Origin: an uncultured Verrucomicrobiota bacterium
GTDB taxonomy: Bacteria > Verrucomicrobiota > Kiritimatiellia > CAYTQP01 > CAYXEW01
Reading direction: 5' to 3'
Length of the DNA: 51,168 nucleotides
NCBI GenBank assembly: GCA_964464115.1
Contig: CAYXEW010000006.1
Coordinates: forward strand, 1-51,168
A program made the translations under genes and the position numbers. Each line of letters begins with the position of its first letter. The first letter of the stretch is position 1. The notes under the pieces were generated by a model, which did no database searches, was not told the DNA's origin, and was given only the letters and a program-made list of their open reading frames with translations. This document shows, piece by piece, positions 8,670 through 19,222 of this stretch.

Positions 8670-10589
8670 ATGGAAAGCAGTATTAAGCGATCGCTATTCT
8701 ACTATGTGCTGTGGCCGGTTGCAGGCTTAACACTGTTGTTTGTTTTACTGGGAGGTGCCGCATTGCTTAGCGTGCAGCATCGGGAACGGGTATCGGAAAA
8801 CAGTGTTTTAAACCGCATGGTGTCACGGCGTATAGAGCAACAGGCACTTCTATTAAAAAGTGTTGCCGATACGCCTGTAGTCCATCAACTCTTGAAAGGG
8901 CGCGAACCTCTCTCCGGCCGTGCACTGCAAACCCTGTCCAAAGACTGGGCCGGGATTGGCGCTGATGACATCCGGGTTAAACAGGTTGTGGCAAACCAGG
9001 CCGCGGAGTTATTCCAGTATGCCTGCCGTCGCAACCATGCGCTGCTCACGCTCACGCTTGCCGATTCAGAAGGTCAACTGGTGGCCGCATCTGAAAAACC
9101 GCCCCGGTATGATCTGAAGACATCCGATCTGTGGACCGCTGCTCTTTCACAGCGAGACAAGCACGGCGTTTCAAGCGGTGACATGGAAGAGGGTTTTTTG
9201 AGAGTAGCGGTTCCCGTCTATGAAGAGGATGTCCTGCAGGGCCTTCTTCTGGCAGGCCTTGCAGCCGACCGTCTCTTTGCGCCATTTACGAATGAAACGG
9301 CCCACACCTTGCTGGTTGGGCGCAGTACGATGCCGCTTTCCGGCGCGCCGGCTGTGCTCGAAAAATGGGCGCCGCGCCTGTTGGATTTTTACCGTGACAA
9401 TAATGAAGCCGGTCGCCGCGGCCCCTTTGCTGTATTTACAGGTTCCGTTCTGGATACAACCATTGCATGGGTTCGCCCGCTGTGGATTGTCACGGTGTAT
9501 CCCGCGGGCGTTTTTACACCCGATTTACTGATGAGGGTGTTGTTTCTGGCCCTGGTGGGCGTATTGCTCGCCGCGCTGTTCACCTGGCTCGCATTCGTCG
9601 TTTTTCGAGGTCGGCTGCTGACCCCATTTGTAAATGCTCTCGCCGCCGGAAAATGGGCGCTCGACAAGCTTTCTCTTTCCGATACGGAGGTGTCGGCTGA
9701 CGACGAGGTCGGAGATCAGCTTGAAACGTGGTACGCAGATGCAGAGCATAAGTTGAAACAGGAAGCAGATATGCGCACCCGCGATGTAGAACACGACCTG
9801 GAGCTGGCGACTGAATTTCAGCAGGCTTATCTCAACAGGCCGTATCCCAGGGTTCCGGAAATACACACAGCGGGCCGCCTGCGGTTTGAGTTTTACCACC
9901 ATTACAAGCCCGCCCTCGCCCTGGGTGGCGATTTCTTTGACATCCTTAAACTGGGACCCAATACGGTCGGTATTTTTATTGCCGATGTGATGGGGCACGG
10001 TACGCGGAGTGCAATCATCACATCCATCCTGCGCACCCTGAGCGGCGATCTGGCGCCGAAAGGTCGTCACGCCCCGCTTTTTCTCACAGAAATGAACAAG
10101 GATTTTATCAAGTTGCTCAAAGTGCTGCCGCAACCCCTGTTTGCTTCGGCGCATTTTTTTGTCGCGGACGGAACATCCCGCATTGCCACGTATTCATCGG
10201 CGGGTCACCCGGCTCCGTTTCATATTCATCGCAGTCATGCGCGCATTTCGCGGCTGGAAGTGCCGAAACCTCATGGGGCGGCTCTTGGCTTGCTGGAGGA
10301 TGAAGAGTATACAGCCGGGCACTGCCGACTGGTCCCCGAAGATCTGTTTATCTTTTTTACGGATGGTGTTTATGAGGCTCCGAATAGTGAAGGAGAAGAG
10401 TACGGCCTGAACCGTATGGAGGCCGTCCTCAAAGAAAATATTTACAGCAGTGCTTCCGCTATTGTAAATGCGCTGGTGGCGGATCTCATGAAGTTTGTCG
10501 GTGATGAACCCCTTTCTGATGATATCTGCATAGTGGCCCTCAGGGCGACAACGGAGAAAGAAAAAGAGACGCCGGAAGAACTGCGGTAA
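8670..10589 (+). CDS. Membrane sensor PP2C phosphatase (SpoIIE/RsbU family)
   Basis: Two TM segments flank a Cache-like periplasmic region. C-terminal GGDFFD, IADVMGHG, SAGHP, FTDGVYE and DDICIV motifs. Confidence 0.9.
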   Translation: MESSIKRSLFYYVLWPVAGLTLLFVLLGGAALLSVQHRERVSENSVLNRMVSRRIEQQALLLKSVADTPVVHQLLKGREPLSGRALQTLSKDWAGIGADDIRVKQVVANQAAELFQYACRRNHALLTLTLADSEGQLVAASEKPPRYDLKTSDLWTAALSQRDKHGVSSGDMEEGFLRVAVPVYEEDVLQGLLLAGLAADRLFAPFTNETAHTLLVGRSTMPLSGAPAVLEKWAPRLLDFYRDNNEAGRRGPFAVFTGSVLDTTIAWVRPLWIVTVYPAGVFTPDLLMRVLFLALVGVLLAALFTWLAFVVFRGRLLTPFVNALAAGKWALDKLSLSDTEVSADDEVGDQLETWYADAEHKLKQEADMRTRDVEHDLELATEFQQAYLNRPYPRVPEIHTAGRLRFEFYHHYKPALALGGDFFDILKLGPNTVGIFIADVMGHGTRSAIITSILRTLSGDLAPKGRHAPLFLTEMNKDFIKLLKVLPQPLFASAHFFVADGTSRIATYSSAGHPAPFHIHRSHARISRLEVPKPHGAALGLLEDEEYTAGHCRLVPEDLFIFFTDGVYEAPNSEGEEYGLNRMEAVLKENIYSSASAIVNALVADLMKFVGDEPLSDDICIVALRATTEKEKETPEELR

Positions 10590-10612
10590 TTTTCATAATG
10601 TATCGGACAGGC

Positions 10613-10640
10613 TTGACTATGCATAGCGCTTTGATACATT
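10613..10640 (+). promoter_or_regulatory. Putative sigma-70 promoter of ppdK
   Basis: TTGACT-16 nt-TACATT with extended -10 TGn, ~95 bp upstream of the GGAGAAGG RBS/ATG. Confidence 0.55.
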
Positions 10641-10733
10641 GTCGCGGCTGGGCTAGTCAGCTCTAGAACCTGAAATTGCGTTGCAGCAAATTTTGAGAAA
10701 AGTAATTAATGTAAACACTGGGAGAAGGTAACA

Positions 10734-13499
10734 ATGCCGAAAGCCAAGACGAGTAATAGGAAGTATGTATACTTTTATGGAGTCAACAAAAATTTAACTG
10801 AAGGCGACACATCAATGAAGTCGCTGCTGGGAGGCAAGGGGGCCAACCTCGCTGAAATGGCTAACGCAGGATTGCCGGTTCCTCCCGGCTTTACCATTAC
10901 GACGGAAGCCTGTGCTTACTACTCCAAACACGGTCACCAGTATCCGGCCGGCATGATGGATCAGGTGAAAAAAGCGCTGAAAATCCTTGAAACCAATATG
11001 GGTAAAAAACTGGGCGATCCCAATGATCCGCTGCTGGTGTCCGTTCGTTCCGGTGCCGCTATTTCCATGCCGGGTATGATGGACACGGTCCTGAACCTAG
11101 GTCTGACCGATAAATCGGTGCTCGGTTTTATCAAAAAAACGGGCAATGAACGCACCGGATGGGATTGCTACCGCCGTTTCATCGATATGTTTGGCGATGT
11201 CGTGATGGGTCCTGCCACCGGTCTTACACATCACCACTTTGAAGTGGAACTCGATCGCATAAAGAAAAAATATAAAGCCAAAGAAGATACAGACCTGACG
11301 GCAGAACAGTTGAAAGAGCTGTGCCAGGCCTATGAAAAAGTATATCAGCAGAAGGTAAAAAAACCTTTTCCGCAGGATCCGATGACGCAGCTCGAGCTGT
11401 CTATCCAAGCCGTTTTCGGTTCATGGGATTCTGACCGCGCCATCAAATACCGTGACATCAACAAAATTACGGGGCTGCTGGGGACGGCGGTCAATGTGTG
11501 TACCATGGTATTTGGCAACATGGGCGATTCTTCCGGTACGGGCGTTGCCTTTACGCGTGATGGCGGCACCGGCGAAGGGAAGCCGATGGGTGAATATCTG
11601 ATCAATGCGCAGGGCGAAGATGTGGTGGCCGGTATCCGGACGCCGAAAGCCATCCAGGATATGCCGAATGAGAAAAGCCCCGTCTGGAAAAAAGCCCATG
11701 CTCAACTTTACAAAATCATGGACAAGCTGGAAAAGCATTACAAACATCCGCAGGATGTGGAATTTACAGTGCAGGAAGGCAAGCTCTGGATGCTGCAGAC
11801 CCGGAATGCAAAACGCACTGGTTTAGCAGGTGTGCGCTGGGCTGTTGAAATGGCGACGGGTAAAGATTTCTTCACCGGTGAAAAAACCGCAAAGATTCTC
11901 ACCCCGGCAAAAGCGCTGCAACTGGTGACGGGGTCCGACCTGGAGCAGTTGCTCTTTCCGATCTTTGATGTCAGGCAGGAGAAAAAGGCCGAGGTCGTTA
12001 CAAGCGGTCTTCCGGCCGGCCCCGGCGCGGCTGTTGGTAAAATTATTTTCCAGGCACACGAAGCTGAAGCGGCCGTTAAGAAAGATCCCAACGTCAAGTT
12101 GATTCTGGTCCGCCAGGAGACCAGTCCGGAAGATGTCGGCGGCATGTGGGCAGCTCAGGGCATCCTGACGACCACGGGCGGTATGACGTCGCACGCCGCT
12201 GTGGTGGCGCGCGGTTGGGGCAAGTGCTGTATTTGCGGTGCCGGCGACATGGTGATTGATTACAAAAAGAAGACCATCAAAGTTGGTGAAAAAACCTTCA
12301 AGGAAGGGGATTACATCAGCCTGAACGGTTCAACGGGCATCGTTTACAAGGGCCAGATCCCGACTGAAAATAGTCCGGTTATTGCCGGCGTTGTAGAGGG
12401 AACGAAAGCGGCGAAAAATCATCCCATTTACAAAATGTACGAGCAGATTTCGAAATGGTCTGACCAGTACCGTAAAATCAACGTACGTACCAATGCCGAT
12501 ACCCCCAATGATTCCAAGGTGGCTCGCTCCTTTGGTGCAGAAGGAATCGGTTTGTGCCGCACTGAACACATGTTTTTTGAAGGCGACCGCATTTGGGCCG
12601 TCCGTGAGTTCATTCTAGCTGAAGATGAAAAGAGTCGCCAGAAAGCACTCGCCAAGTTGCTGCGACATCAGCAGGCCGACTTTGAAGGCATCTTCAAGGC
12701 GATGGATGGCCTGCCGGTGACAATCCGCCTGCTTGATCCCCCGCTGCACGAATTCGTGCCGCACGCGGATAAAGAGCAGAAGGAGATGGCTAAGCTGCTC
12801 GGCGTTCCGGTAGCTAAAGTGGCTGAACGCGTAAAACAGTTGCACGAGTTTAACCCCATGCTGGGTCATCGTGGCTGTCGTCTTTCGATTACCTTCCCGG
12901 AACTGTGTGTCATGCAGACGAAGGCCATCATTCAGGCGGCATGTAAAGTGGCTAAGCTGAAGAAGCCGGTGAAAGTGCTTCCCGAAATTATGGTGCCGCT
13001 GGTGGGAACAAAAGCCGAAATTGATTTTCTTGAAAAAATTATCAGGGAAACGGCGGATGAAGTCATCAAAAAAACGGGTGCCAAGATTAAATACCTGGTG
13101 GGCACGATGATCGAAATTCCGCGCGCGGCTCTCATCGCTGATGATATCGCCGAAACGGCAGAGTTCTTCAGCTTTGGCACGAATGACCTGACACAGATGA
13201 CCTTCGGTTACAGCCGAGATGATATCGGAACATTCCTGCCGGATTACCTGGATGAAAAAATTCTGCCGGTGGATCCGTTCCAGAGCCTGGATATCAATGG
13301 AGTTGGTAAGCTGGTGGAAATGGGTGTCAGAAAAGGACGCGAAACCCGCCCGGGCCTGAAATGTGGTATTTGCGGAGAGCATGGCGGCGATCCCGCCAGT
13401 GTGAAGTTCTGTTGCAAGGCCGGGCTGAACTATGTGAGTTGCTCGCCGTATCGCGTGCCGATCGCACGTTTGGCAGCGGCTCAGGCGGCCATTAAATAG
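10734..13499 (+). CDS. ppdK: Pyruvate, phosphate dikinase
   Basis: LGGKGANLAEM, SVRSGA.SMPGMMDT, GGMTSHAAVVAR (phospho-His), FSFGTNDLTQ and GICGEHGG. Confidence 0.98.
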   Translation: MPKAKTSNRKYVYFYGVNKNLTEGDTSMKSLLGGKGANLAEMANAGLPVPPGFTITTEACAYYSKHGHQYPAGMMDQVKKALKILETNMGKKLGDPNDPLLVSVRSGAAISMPGMMDTVLNLGLTDKSVLGFIKKTGNERTGWDCYRRFIDMFGDVVMGPATGLTHHHFEVELDRIKKKYKAKEDTDLTAEQLKELCQAYEKVYQQKVKKPFPQDPMTQLELSIQAVFGSWDSDRAIKYRDINKITGLLGTAVNVCTMVFGNMGDSSGTGVAFTRDGGTGEGKPMGEYLINAQGEDVVAGIRTPKAIQDMPNEKSPVWKKAHAQLYKIMDKLEKHYKHPQDVEFTVQEGKLWMLQTRNAKRTGLAGVRWAVEMATGKDFFTGEKTAKILTPAKALQLVTGSDLEQLLFPIFDVRQEKKAEVVTSGLPAGPGAAVGKIIFQAHEAEAAVKKDPNVKLILVRQETSPEDVGGMWAAQGILTTTGGMTSHAAVVARGWGKCCICGAGDMVIDYKKKTIKVGEKTFKEGDYISLNGSTGIVYKGQIPTENSPVIAGVVEGTKAAKNHPIYKMYEQISKWSDQYRKINVRTNADTPNDSKVARSFGAEGIGLCRTEHMFFEGDRIWAVREFILAEDEKSRQKALAKLLRHQQADFEGIFKAMDGLPVTIRLLDPPLHEFVPHADKEQKEMAKLLGVPVAKVAERVKQLHEFNPMLGHRGCRLSITFPELCVMQTKAIIQAACKVAKLKKPVKVLPEIMVPLVGTKAEIDFLEKIIRETADEVIKKTGAKIKYLVGTMIEIPRAALIADDIAETAEFFSFGTNDLTQMTFGYSRDDIGTFLPDYLDEKILPVDPFQSLDINGVGKLVEMGVRKGRETRPGLKCGICGEHGGDPASVKFCCKAGLNYVSCSPYRVPIARLAAAQAAIK

Positions 13500-13526
13500 A
13501 GAACGTATACAGATTTGTTCTGTGTT

Positions 13527-13564
13527 GCAGGCCCCTCGTCTTATTGTCAGAGGGGCTTGCTTTT
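13527..13564 (+). terminator. Rho-independent terminator after ppdK
   Basis: GCAGGCCCCTC...GAGGGGCTTGC followed by TTTT. Confidence 0.65.
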
Positions 13565-13620
13565 GCGTCGCTAGATGTGCAAGGATACGACCTTATTTAT
13601 AGAAGTAGATATGGATCATT

Positions 13621-14460
13621 GTGGTGGAAGATCAGAAGACCATAAAAGTATATCTCCGTGAAATCGGTATGGTAGAGCTGCTGACGCGGGAGCAGGAGGT
13701 CGAGCTCGCAGCCCGTATTAAACAGGGAGATGAGGCGGCCCGAAAACAGATGATACAGGCTAATTTACGCCTGGTTGTGAAAATTGCCCGCGACTATGCA
13801 CAATTTGGTCTGCCCCTCCTCGATTTAATTTCAGAAGGCAATATCGGTCTCATGAAGGCGGTCGAACGTTTCGACCCGGCCAAGGGTGGAAAGCTCAGCA
13901 CCTATGCCGCCTGGTGGATAAAACAGGCTATCAAACGAGCTCTGGCCAACCAAAGCAAAACAATACGCCTCCCCGCCCATTTGGTTGATAAGATATCACG
14001 CATGCGCCGAACTGAAATGAAACTCAATGAAAAACTGAACCGCGAACCAACGTATGTAGAACTGGCCAAAGAATTAAGCGTGAGCCCGGCCACTATTGAG
14101 CATTGGAAGTCAGTGGTCTTGAAGCCCACTTCTCTGGACGCCCCGATCGGCGATGAGGAAGGCGGCTCTTTTGGTGACATTATTGGCGATGACAGAGTGA
14201 AGTCCCCTTATGATGAACTCAATGATCAGCAACTGCTTGCGGAAATGGAACACCTGCTGGACCGCCTTGATGAGCGCGAATATAAAATCCTCAAATATCG
14301 CTTTGGGTTGAAGGGTGCCGAGGTGGAGACGCTGGAAGAAGTGGGTGAGCGCTTCAGTATTACGAGGGAACGAGTGCGCCAAATTCAGAATGCCGCCGTT
14401 GTGAAGCTTCGCGACTTTATGGAAAATGAAACGATAGCACAGGCGTCAGAGGAGGCGTGA
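13621..14460 (+). CDS. Sigma-70 factor, RpoD/RpoS-like, lacking region 1.1
   Basis: YLREIG, ANLRLVVKIA, DLISEGNIGLMKAVERFD, STYAAWWIKQAI, TIRLP and ITRERVRQI. Confidence 0.95.
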   Translation: MVEDQKTIKVYLREIGMVELLTREQEVELAARIKQGDEAARKQMIQANLRLVVKIARDYAQFGLPLLDLISEGNIGLMKAVERFDPAKGGKLSTYAAWWIKQAIKRALANQSKTIRLPAHLVDKISRMRRTEMKLNEKLNREPTYVELAKELSVSPATIEHWKSVVLKPTSLDAPIGDEEGGSFGDIIGDDRVKSPYDELNDQQLLAEMEHLLDRLDEREYKILKYRFGLKGAEVETLEEVGERFSITRERVRQIQNAAVVKLRDFMENETIAQASEEA

Positions 14461-14984
14461 TGAATTCACTCGAGCAAATTAAGAAGACCATTCGCGATGT
14501 ACCCGACTTTCCTAAAGAGGGCATACTATTCAAAGATATTACACCTGTGTTGTCAGACCCCGACATCTTCTCTTCAGTTATTGCTCTGTTCGCCGATCGT
14601 CTGCGGGAGAAACGGGTTCAAAAAGTTGTCGGCATTGACGCCCGTGGATTTATCTTTGGCGCCGCTCTGGCAGACCGGCTGAATGCGGGCTTTGTGCCCG
14701 TCCGCAAAAAGGGAAAACTGCCCTATGAAACGCTGGAAAAGTCCTACGCATTGGAATATGGAAACGCTACGGTGGAGATCCATAAAGATGCGGTGGCCGC
14801 CGGTGAAAACGTTGTGGTGATAGACGATCTTCTTGCAACCGGCGGTACGGCTGCCGCTGCCATCGAATTGGTGCAGCAGCTCGGCGGAGAAATTGTGGAA
14901 GTTGATTTTCTTATTGAACTGTCTTTTCTGAGTGGACGTGAAAAACTGGGTGACGTTCCCGTTTATTCGGCGATCGTCTACTGA
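14460..14984 (+). CDS. apt: Adenine phosphoribosyltransferase
   Basis: IRDVPDFPKEGILFKDIT, DARGFIFG, RKKGKLP, YALEYG and VIDDLLATGGT. Overlaps the sigma factor stop. Confidence 0.97.
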   Translation: MNSLEQIKKTIRDVPDFPKEGILFKDITPVLSDPDIFSSVIALFADRLREKRVQKVVGIDARGFIFGAALADRLNAGFVPVRKKGKLPYETLEKSYALEYGNATVEIHKDAVAAGENVVVIDDLLATGGTAAAAIELVQQLGGEIVEVDFLIELSFLSGREKLGDVPVYSAIVY

Positions 14985-15667
14985 TCGTCCAGCCCCAGCA
15001 GCTTCAGAATGCCATCATGGTCTGCCAGGTTTTCAAGTACATGGTCGGCACCGGCCTTGCTCAGGTCTTCTGTGCTGTAAGTTCCCGTGGCAACGCCCAC
15101 GGCACCGGCCTGTATCGCTTTGGCCGCGTCGATGTCTGAGGGCGTGTCCCCAATAAGCCAAGTGTTGAAAAATCGGTCTGTGTTCGCGTAACGCTTTGCT
15201 CTGTCGAGAGCCAGCCTTGCAATTTCAGTGCGATCGGCATGCTCGTGTCCAAAGGCACCCAGCATGAAATGATTATGCAGGTGCACCTGTTCCAGTTTAA
15301 TTCGCGCGCAGGCTTCTATATTGCCGGTTACCAACCCCAGTACGACATCTGCGCGCTCACTGAGCTGTTCCAACAGGTATTCGACACCGGGAAAGACACA
15401 GGTCTGTGCGGCGTGCACCGTTTTTGCAAACTGCCTTGGCAATTCACTGAAAAAAGCCTCGACCAGCTCGTCATCAGGCGCAATCGAAAGACGGCCCAGT
15501 ATGGTGTGCAGCACATCGAGATCCGTGGCACCCCAGAAGTTGATATAATCGATGCGGTGGTCGACCCCGGTCACCTCTTTGATCGTGCGAACAAATGCTT
15601 CTCGCCCCGCCCCCTTCATGGAGAGCAGCGTCCCGTCTATATCAAATAAAATTAAGGTCGTTTTCAT
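14978..15667 (-). CDS. HAD-family hydrolase (phosphoglycolate phosphatase-like)
   Basis: LFDIDGTL, LVTGN, IGDTPSD and GVATG. Confidence 0.9.
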   Translation of the reverse strand: MKTTLILFDIDGTLLSMKGAGREAFVRTIKEVTGVDHRIDYINFWGATDLDVLHTILGRLSIAPDDELVEAFFSELPRQFAKTVHAAQTCVFPGVEYLLEQLSERADVVLGLVTGNIEACARIKLEQVHLHNHFMLGAFGHEHADRTEIARLALDRAKRYANTDRFFNTWLIGDTPSDIDAAKAIQAGAVGVATGTYSTEDLSKAGADHVLENLADHDGILKLLGLDDQ

Positions 15668-16599
15668 GATGGCGATGTCTCTGTAAGCGGGTCTAAAACC
15701 CAGCGCTTGTTATACCAGAAGTACTGTTCGGGGTGAGAGCGTATCGCACTGTCAAAGTGATTCATGACGGTTTGCGTAATGCGGCGCCAGTCTTCTTCTT
15801 TTTCTACAGAAGGGTCCGGGTATACCGGATCGAAGACTTTGCACTCGTGCTGAAACCAGCCCTTTCGAATCAAAACGGCGGGCAGAATGGGCGCGCCGAC
15901 CTGCCTGCTGAAAAGCGCCATTCCGGCGCCGATGTTCGCGTTTCCCCCCAGAAACGTGATGTCCAGAGCCTTCGTGCGCGCGCGTACGTCGGGCAGGATG
16001 GCCAACGCCCCCCCTTTCTTCAGTCGTTTAAAAACCGATCGCAATACTGCGGAATCATTGGCGATCGTTTCGACGCCCGTACTCCCGCGCATCCTGTTCA
16101 GATAGGCGTCGGTCAGCATGTTTTTCTGCCGGCGAGCTATGAAGAATACGGGAATCCCGAGCAGGCTCAGCCCGATGCCGGCCTGATCCCAGTTGCCCAT
16201 ATGGCAGACGGCGATAATGAGGCCCTTGCCGCCATCCATGAGTTCATTAACAGAGTTGATCGCCTCGGGGTAGTTGGTTCTTTTTACAACATCCTGTTTT
16301 TGAAAGGAGGGCAGGCGTATAATTTCAACCGCATTAAAGCAGAGGTTTCGCCAGGCGATCCAGCAATGCTGCCGGAGGGTCTGCTCGGAAAGGGCCGGTC
16401 CCAGTACCGAGCGCATTCGCCGCATCGCTTCCGCCCGGCGGAAACGAAAGAGGTAATGACTGATCCAGGCAATGCCGTAGCCCATAACCATGGCGCCCCG
16501 GTAGGGCATGACATTGGCAAGAAAGCAGAACGCGCGCAACGCGAGATACTCCAGGTAATGCTTTGGTTGGACTTTTCGCTCTTTCATCAATACGAACAT
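15664..16599 (-). CDS. Lipid A late acyltransferase (LpxL/HtrB family)
   Basis: HMGNWD (HX4D), ILPD and HPEQYFWYNKRW. Confidence 0.9.
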   Translation of the reverse strand: MFVLMKERKVQPKHYLEYLALRAFCFLANVMPYRGAMVMGYGIAWISHYLFRFRRAEAMRRMRSVLGPALSEQTLRQHCWIAWRNLCFNAVEIIRLPSFQKQDVVKRTNYPEAINSVNELMDGGKGLIIAVCHMGNWDQAGIGLSLLGIPVFFIARRQKNMLTDAYLNRMRGSTGVETIANDSAVLRSVFKRLKKGGALAILPDVRARTKALDITFLGGNANIGAGMALFSRQVGAPILPAVLIRKGWFQHECKVFDPVYPDPSVEKEEDWRRITQTVMNHFDSAIRSHPEQYFWYNKRWVLDPLTETSPS

Positions 16600-16708
16600 C
16601 TGAACAGTCGCAGGTTATCGGTTTGCTTCATAGCGGGATTGATCATAATACACTGGCCGTGGTATTCAAGTTTGTCTGGCTTTAAACTCTTGTGTAAACT
16701 GATATAGC

Positions 16709-17488
16709 ATGGACTGGTATTTATATCCATTAACAGTGTTGGCCGGTTTTCTGGCCGGGTTCATCAACACCCTTGCCGGGGGAGGGTCGGCGATCTCCCT
16801 GGCCATGCTGAATCTGTTGGGGTTACCTTTGGACGTTGCCAACGGGACAAACCGCATTGCCATCCTTTTACAGAATATAGTGGCTGTCCGGGGTTTTCAT
16901 AAGCGCGGCAAAATGGATGCCAAGGCCTGTATCCCCCTTATCTGGCCAGCCGTTCTAGGCGGCATACTCGGGGCCTGGCTGGCCGGCCGGATGGGCCGTG
17001 AGAGCTTTCGGATGGCCGTGGGGGTCCTCATGCTGGTTGTGCTCGCGCTGCTGTTTATCCAGCCCAGACGATGGCTTCAGGATCAGCACGTGCAAAAGAA
17101 ATCCAATGGGCTTATCCCGTTTGTCGTTTTCTTCGCAATCGGGATCTATGGTGGTTTTATTCAGATGGGTATTGGCGTCTTTTTACTGAGCGCACTGGTA
17201 TTGTTACTCGACTATGATCTGGTTGGCGGTAATGGGGCAAAAGTGTTGATCGTGCTTTGTCTTACGTTGCCGGCCCTGCTGATTTTTCTGTTTAATGGTC
17301 TGGTGCGCTGGGATTATGGACTGGTACTGGCGTGCGGCAACATGCTGGGGGCTTGGATTGCAACCAAGGAGGCCGCCCGCCGCGGCGCCCCGTTTGTTCG
17401 CGCGGTGCTCATAGCGGTGGTTTCGCTGGCCGCCCTGCGCTATCTCGGGATATTGCGCTATATAGTCAACGCGCTCTCTTCACAGTGA
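16709..17488 (+). CDS. TauE/SafE (TSUP) family sulfite exporter-like membrane protein
   Basis: AGFINTLAGGGS, VANGTNR and GIYGGFIQMGIG. Multiple TM helices. Confidence 0.9.
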   Translation: MDWYLYPLTVLAGFLAGFINTLAGGGSAISLAMLNLLGLPLDVANGTNRIAILLQNIVAVRGFHKRGKMDAKACIPLIWPAVLGGILGAWLAGRMGRESFRMAVGVLMLVVLALLFIQPRRWLQDQHVQKKSNGLIPFVVFFAIGIYGGFIQMGIGVFLLSALVLLLDYDLVGGNGAKVLIVLCLTLPALLIFLFNGLVRWDYGLVLACGNMLGAWIATKEAARRGAPFVRAVLIAVVSLAALRYLGILRYIVNALSSQ

Positions 17489-17848
17489 CTTGAGGTACTG
17501 TTTTGACAGCAGCCGCATGCGGTACCAGTTGGGGTACATCTTTTCCCGGGTGCGAAAAACGGGGGGATGGATCTGGTTGCGGCCATTTTTTCTCTCGACG
17601 GGAATAGCGGCGTGCAGCATTTCGTGGTAGACAATGTACTTGATGAAGTCCGGTTCCACGCATGCGGCATCCAGTAGCGGGTTAATGCGAATCAGGCGTC
17701 GGGACCGGTCGTAGGATCCATAACAGATACTGCGTCTTTTGGCCTTTTTTTGCCGCCGTCCCCAGGTAATGCTGCAACGGAGTGATGATTTGAAATAGCG
17801 CGCATTTAACTCATCATAGACCGCTTGAAGATGTATAGATGATTCCAT
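17480..17848 (-). CDS. SprT-like / minimal zinc metallopeptidase
   Basis: YDELNARYF, GSY, IRINPLLD, YIVYHEMLH and downstream H...F. Confidence 0.8.
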   Translation of the reverse strand: MESSIHLQAVYDELNARYFKSSLRCSITWGRRQKKAKRRSICYGSYDRSRRLIRINPLLDAACVEPDFIKYIVYHEMLHAAIPVERKNGRNQIHPPVFRTREKMYPNWYRMRLLSKQYLKSL

Positions 17849-17932
17849 AAACTGTATCCGTTCTTTCCTTTTTAATTAAGCCAGTTTTGTGATAATCACA
17901 AGGGTATTGTTGATGCTGAAAGGTTTGTATAC

Positions 17933-19222
17933 ATGAAAAGACTGCGACTGGCCGGAATCGGCTGTGGCGGACGAACGTTGACCTATCTGTCCCTGGCGGC
18001 CAAACAGATGGGAGACCGATTTGAAATTGTGGCGGCGGCCGACCCCATACGGGCTAGGGCTGAAAAAGTGCGCCCCTATGCGGGCAAAGATTTTCGTTTA
18101 TTTAACGGCGACAGGTCTTTTTTTGAGGCGGAAAAGATGGCAGATGTCGTCGTCATCGGGACGCAGGACTATTACCACGTGGCCCCCTGTATTGCCGCCA
18201 TGGAAAAGGGATATGATGTGCTGCTGGAAAAGCCGATTGCCAGGGACCCGTCCGAGGTGCTCCGGCTGGAGCAGACCGCTCGGAGGCTCGGGCGAAAAGT
18301 CCTGGTGTGTCACGTCCTGCGCTATGCGCCCCTTTATCAAAAAATAAGACAACTGGTGTCCACCGGTGTTCTGGGCCGTGTGATGTCCCTGCACGCCTCT
18401 GAAGGGGTGGGGCCTTTTCACCAGGCCCATTCCTATGTGCGCGGGCACTGGTCTGTGACAGATAAAACAAACCCGATGATCGTGGCCAAGAGCTGTCATG
18501 ATATGGATATTATTCACTGGTTGCTGGGCGAACCGTGCCAATCCGTTTCCAGTTACGGAGCATTGAGCTTCTTTAAACAGGAAAATGCTCCGCCGGGCGC
18601 CCCGCTGCGCTGCACGAATGGCTGCATCTACAGCGGGGAATGCCCCTACAACGCGCGCCTGTATGCCACTAAACATCGAAAATGGCTTTCGTATGTTTAT
18701 GATGATGAGAAAAATGCCCCAGCCAGCCGGATATTTGAATGGCTGTCAAAAAGCCCCTGGGGTCGTTGTGTGTATCAATGTGACAATACGGCCGTGGACC
18801 ACCAGGTGGTCAATATGAACTTTAAACGCGATATAACGGCGTCTTTTACCATGACGGCTTTTGACAGTGGCCGTAATATTGATATATTCGGTTCAAACGC
18901 TGTCCTGCGTGGCGGGTCATTTGTCAAAAAGGCAACCGGTCACGACATCATGGTGGAACAGCACAATACAGATGAGAGTTGCGGGTATGATGTTGACGAA
19001 GAAGCGGGCGGTTATGATGGTCACGGAGGCGGTGATGCAGGTCTTGTGCGCGCCCTGTATGACGAAATGAGCAGAGACAGGCCTGAAGACATGCGTTCAT
19101 CCATAACCCGGTCGGTGGAAAGCCACCTGATGGCGTTTGCCGCTGAAACATCGCGCATCTCTGGGGAGACGGTGGATTTAGCGGATTACAGAAGACAACT
19201 GGAAGGAAAGATCAAACAATGA
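17933..19222 (+). CDS. Gfo/Idh/MocA family oxidoreductase
   Basis: GIGCGGR, LLEKP, VCHVLRY, HSYVRG, AKSCHDMD and GHGGGD. Confidence 0.92.
   Translation: MKRLRLAGIGCGGRTLTYLSLAAKQMGDRFEIVAAADPIRARAEKVRPYAGKDFRLFNGDRSFFEAEKMADVVVIGTQDYYHVAPCIAAMEKGYDVLLEKPIARDPSEVLRLEQTARRLGRKVLVCHVLRYAPLYQKIRQLVSTGVLGRVMSLHASEGVGPFHQAHSYVRGHWSVTDKTNPMIVAKSCHDMDIIHWLLGEPCQSVSSYGALSFFKQENAPPGAPLRCTNGCIYSGECPYNARLYATKHRKWLSYVYDDEKNAPASRIFEWLSKSPWGRCVYQCDNTAVDHQVVNMNFKRDITASFTMTAFDSGRNIDIFGSNAVLRGGSFVKKATGHDIMVEQHNTDESCGYDVDEEAGGYDGHGGGDAGLVRALYDEMSRDRPEDMRSSITRSVESHLMAFAAETSRISGETVDLADYRRQLEGKIKQ

Noticed and set aside
15733-16707. 324-aa + strand ORF
   Set aside because: Antisense shadow of the LpxL-type acyltransferase, with no recognisable motifs.
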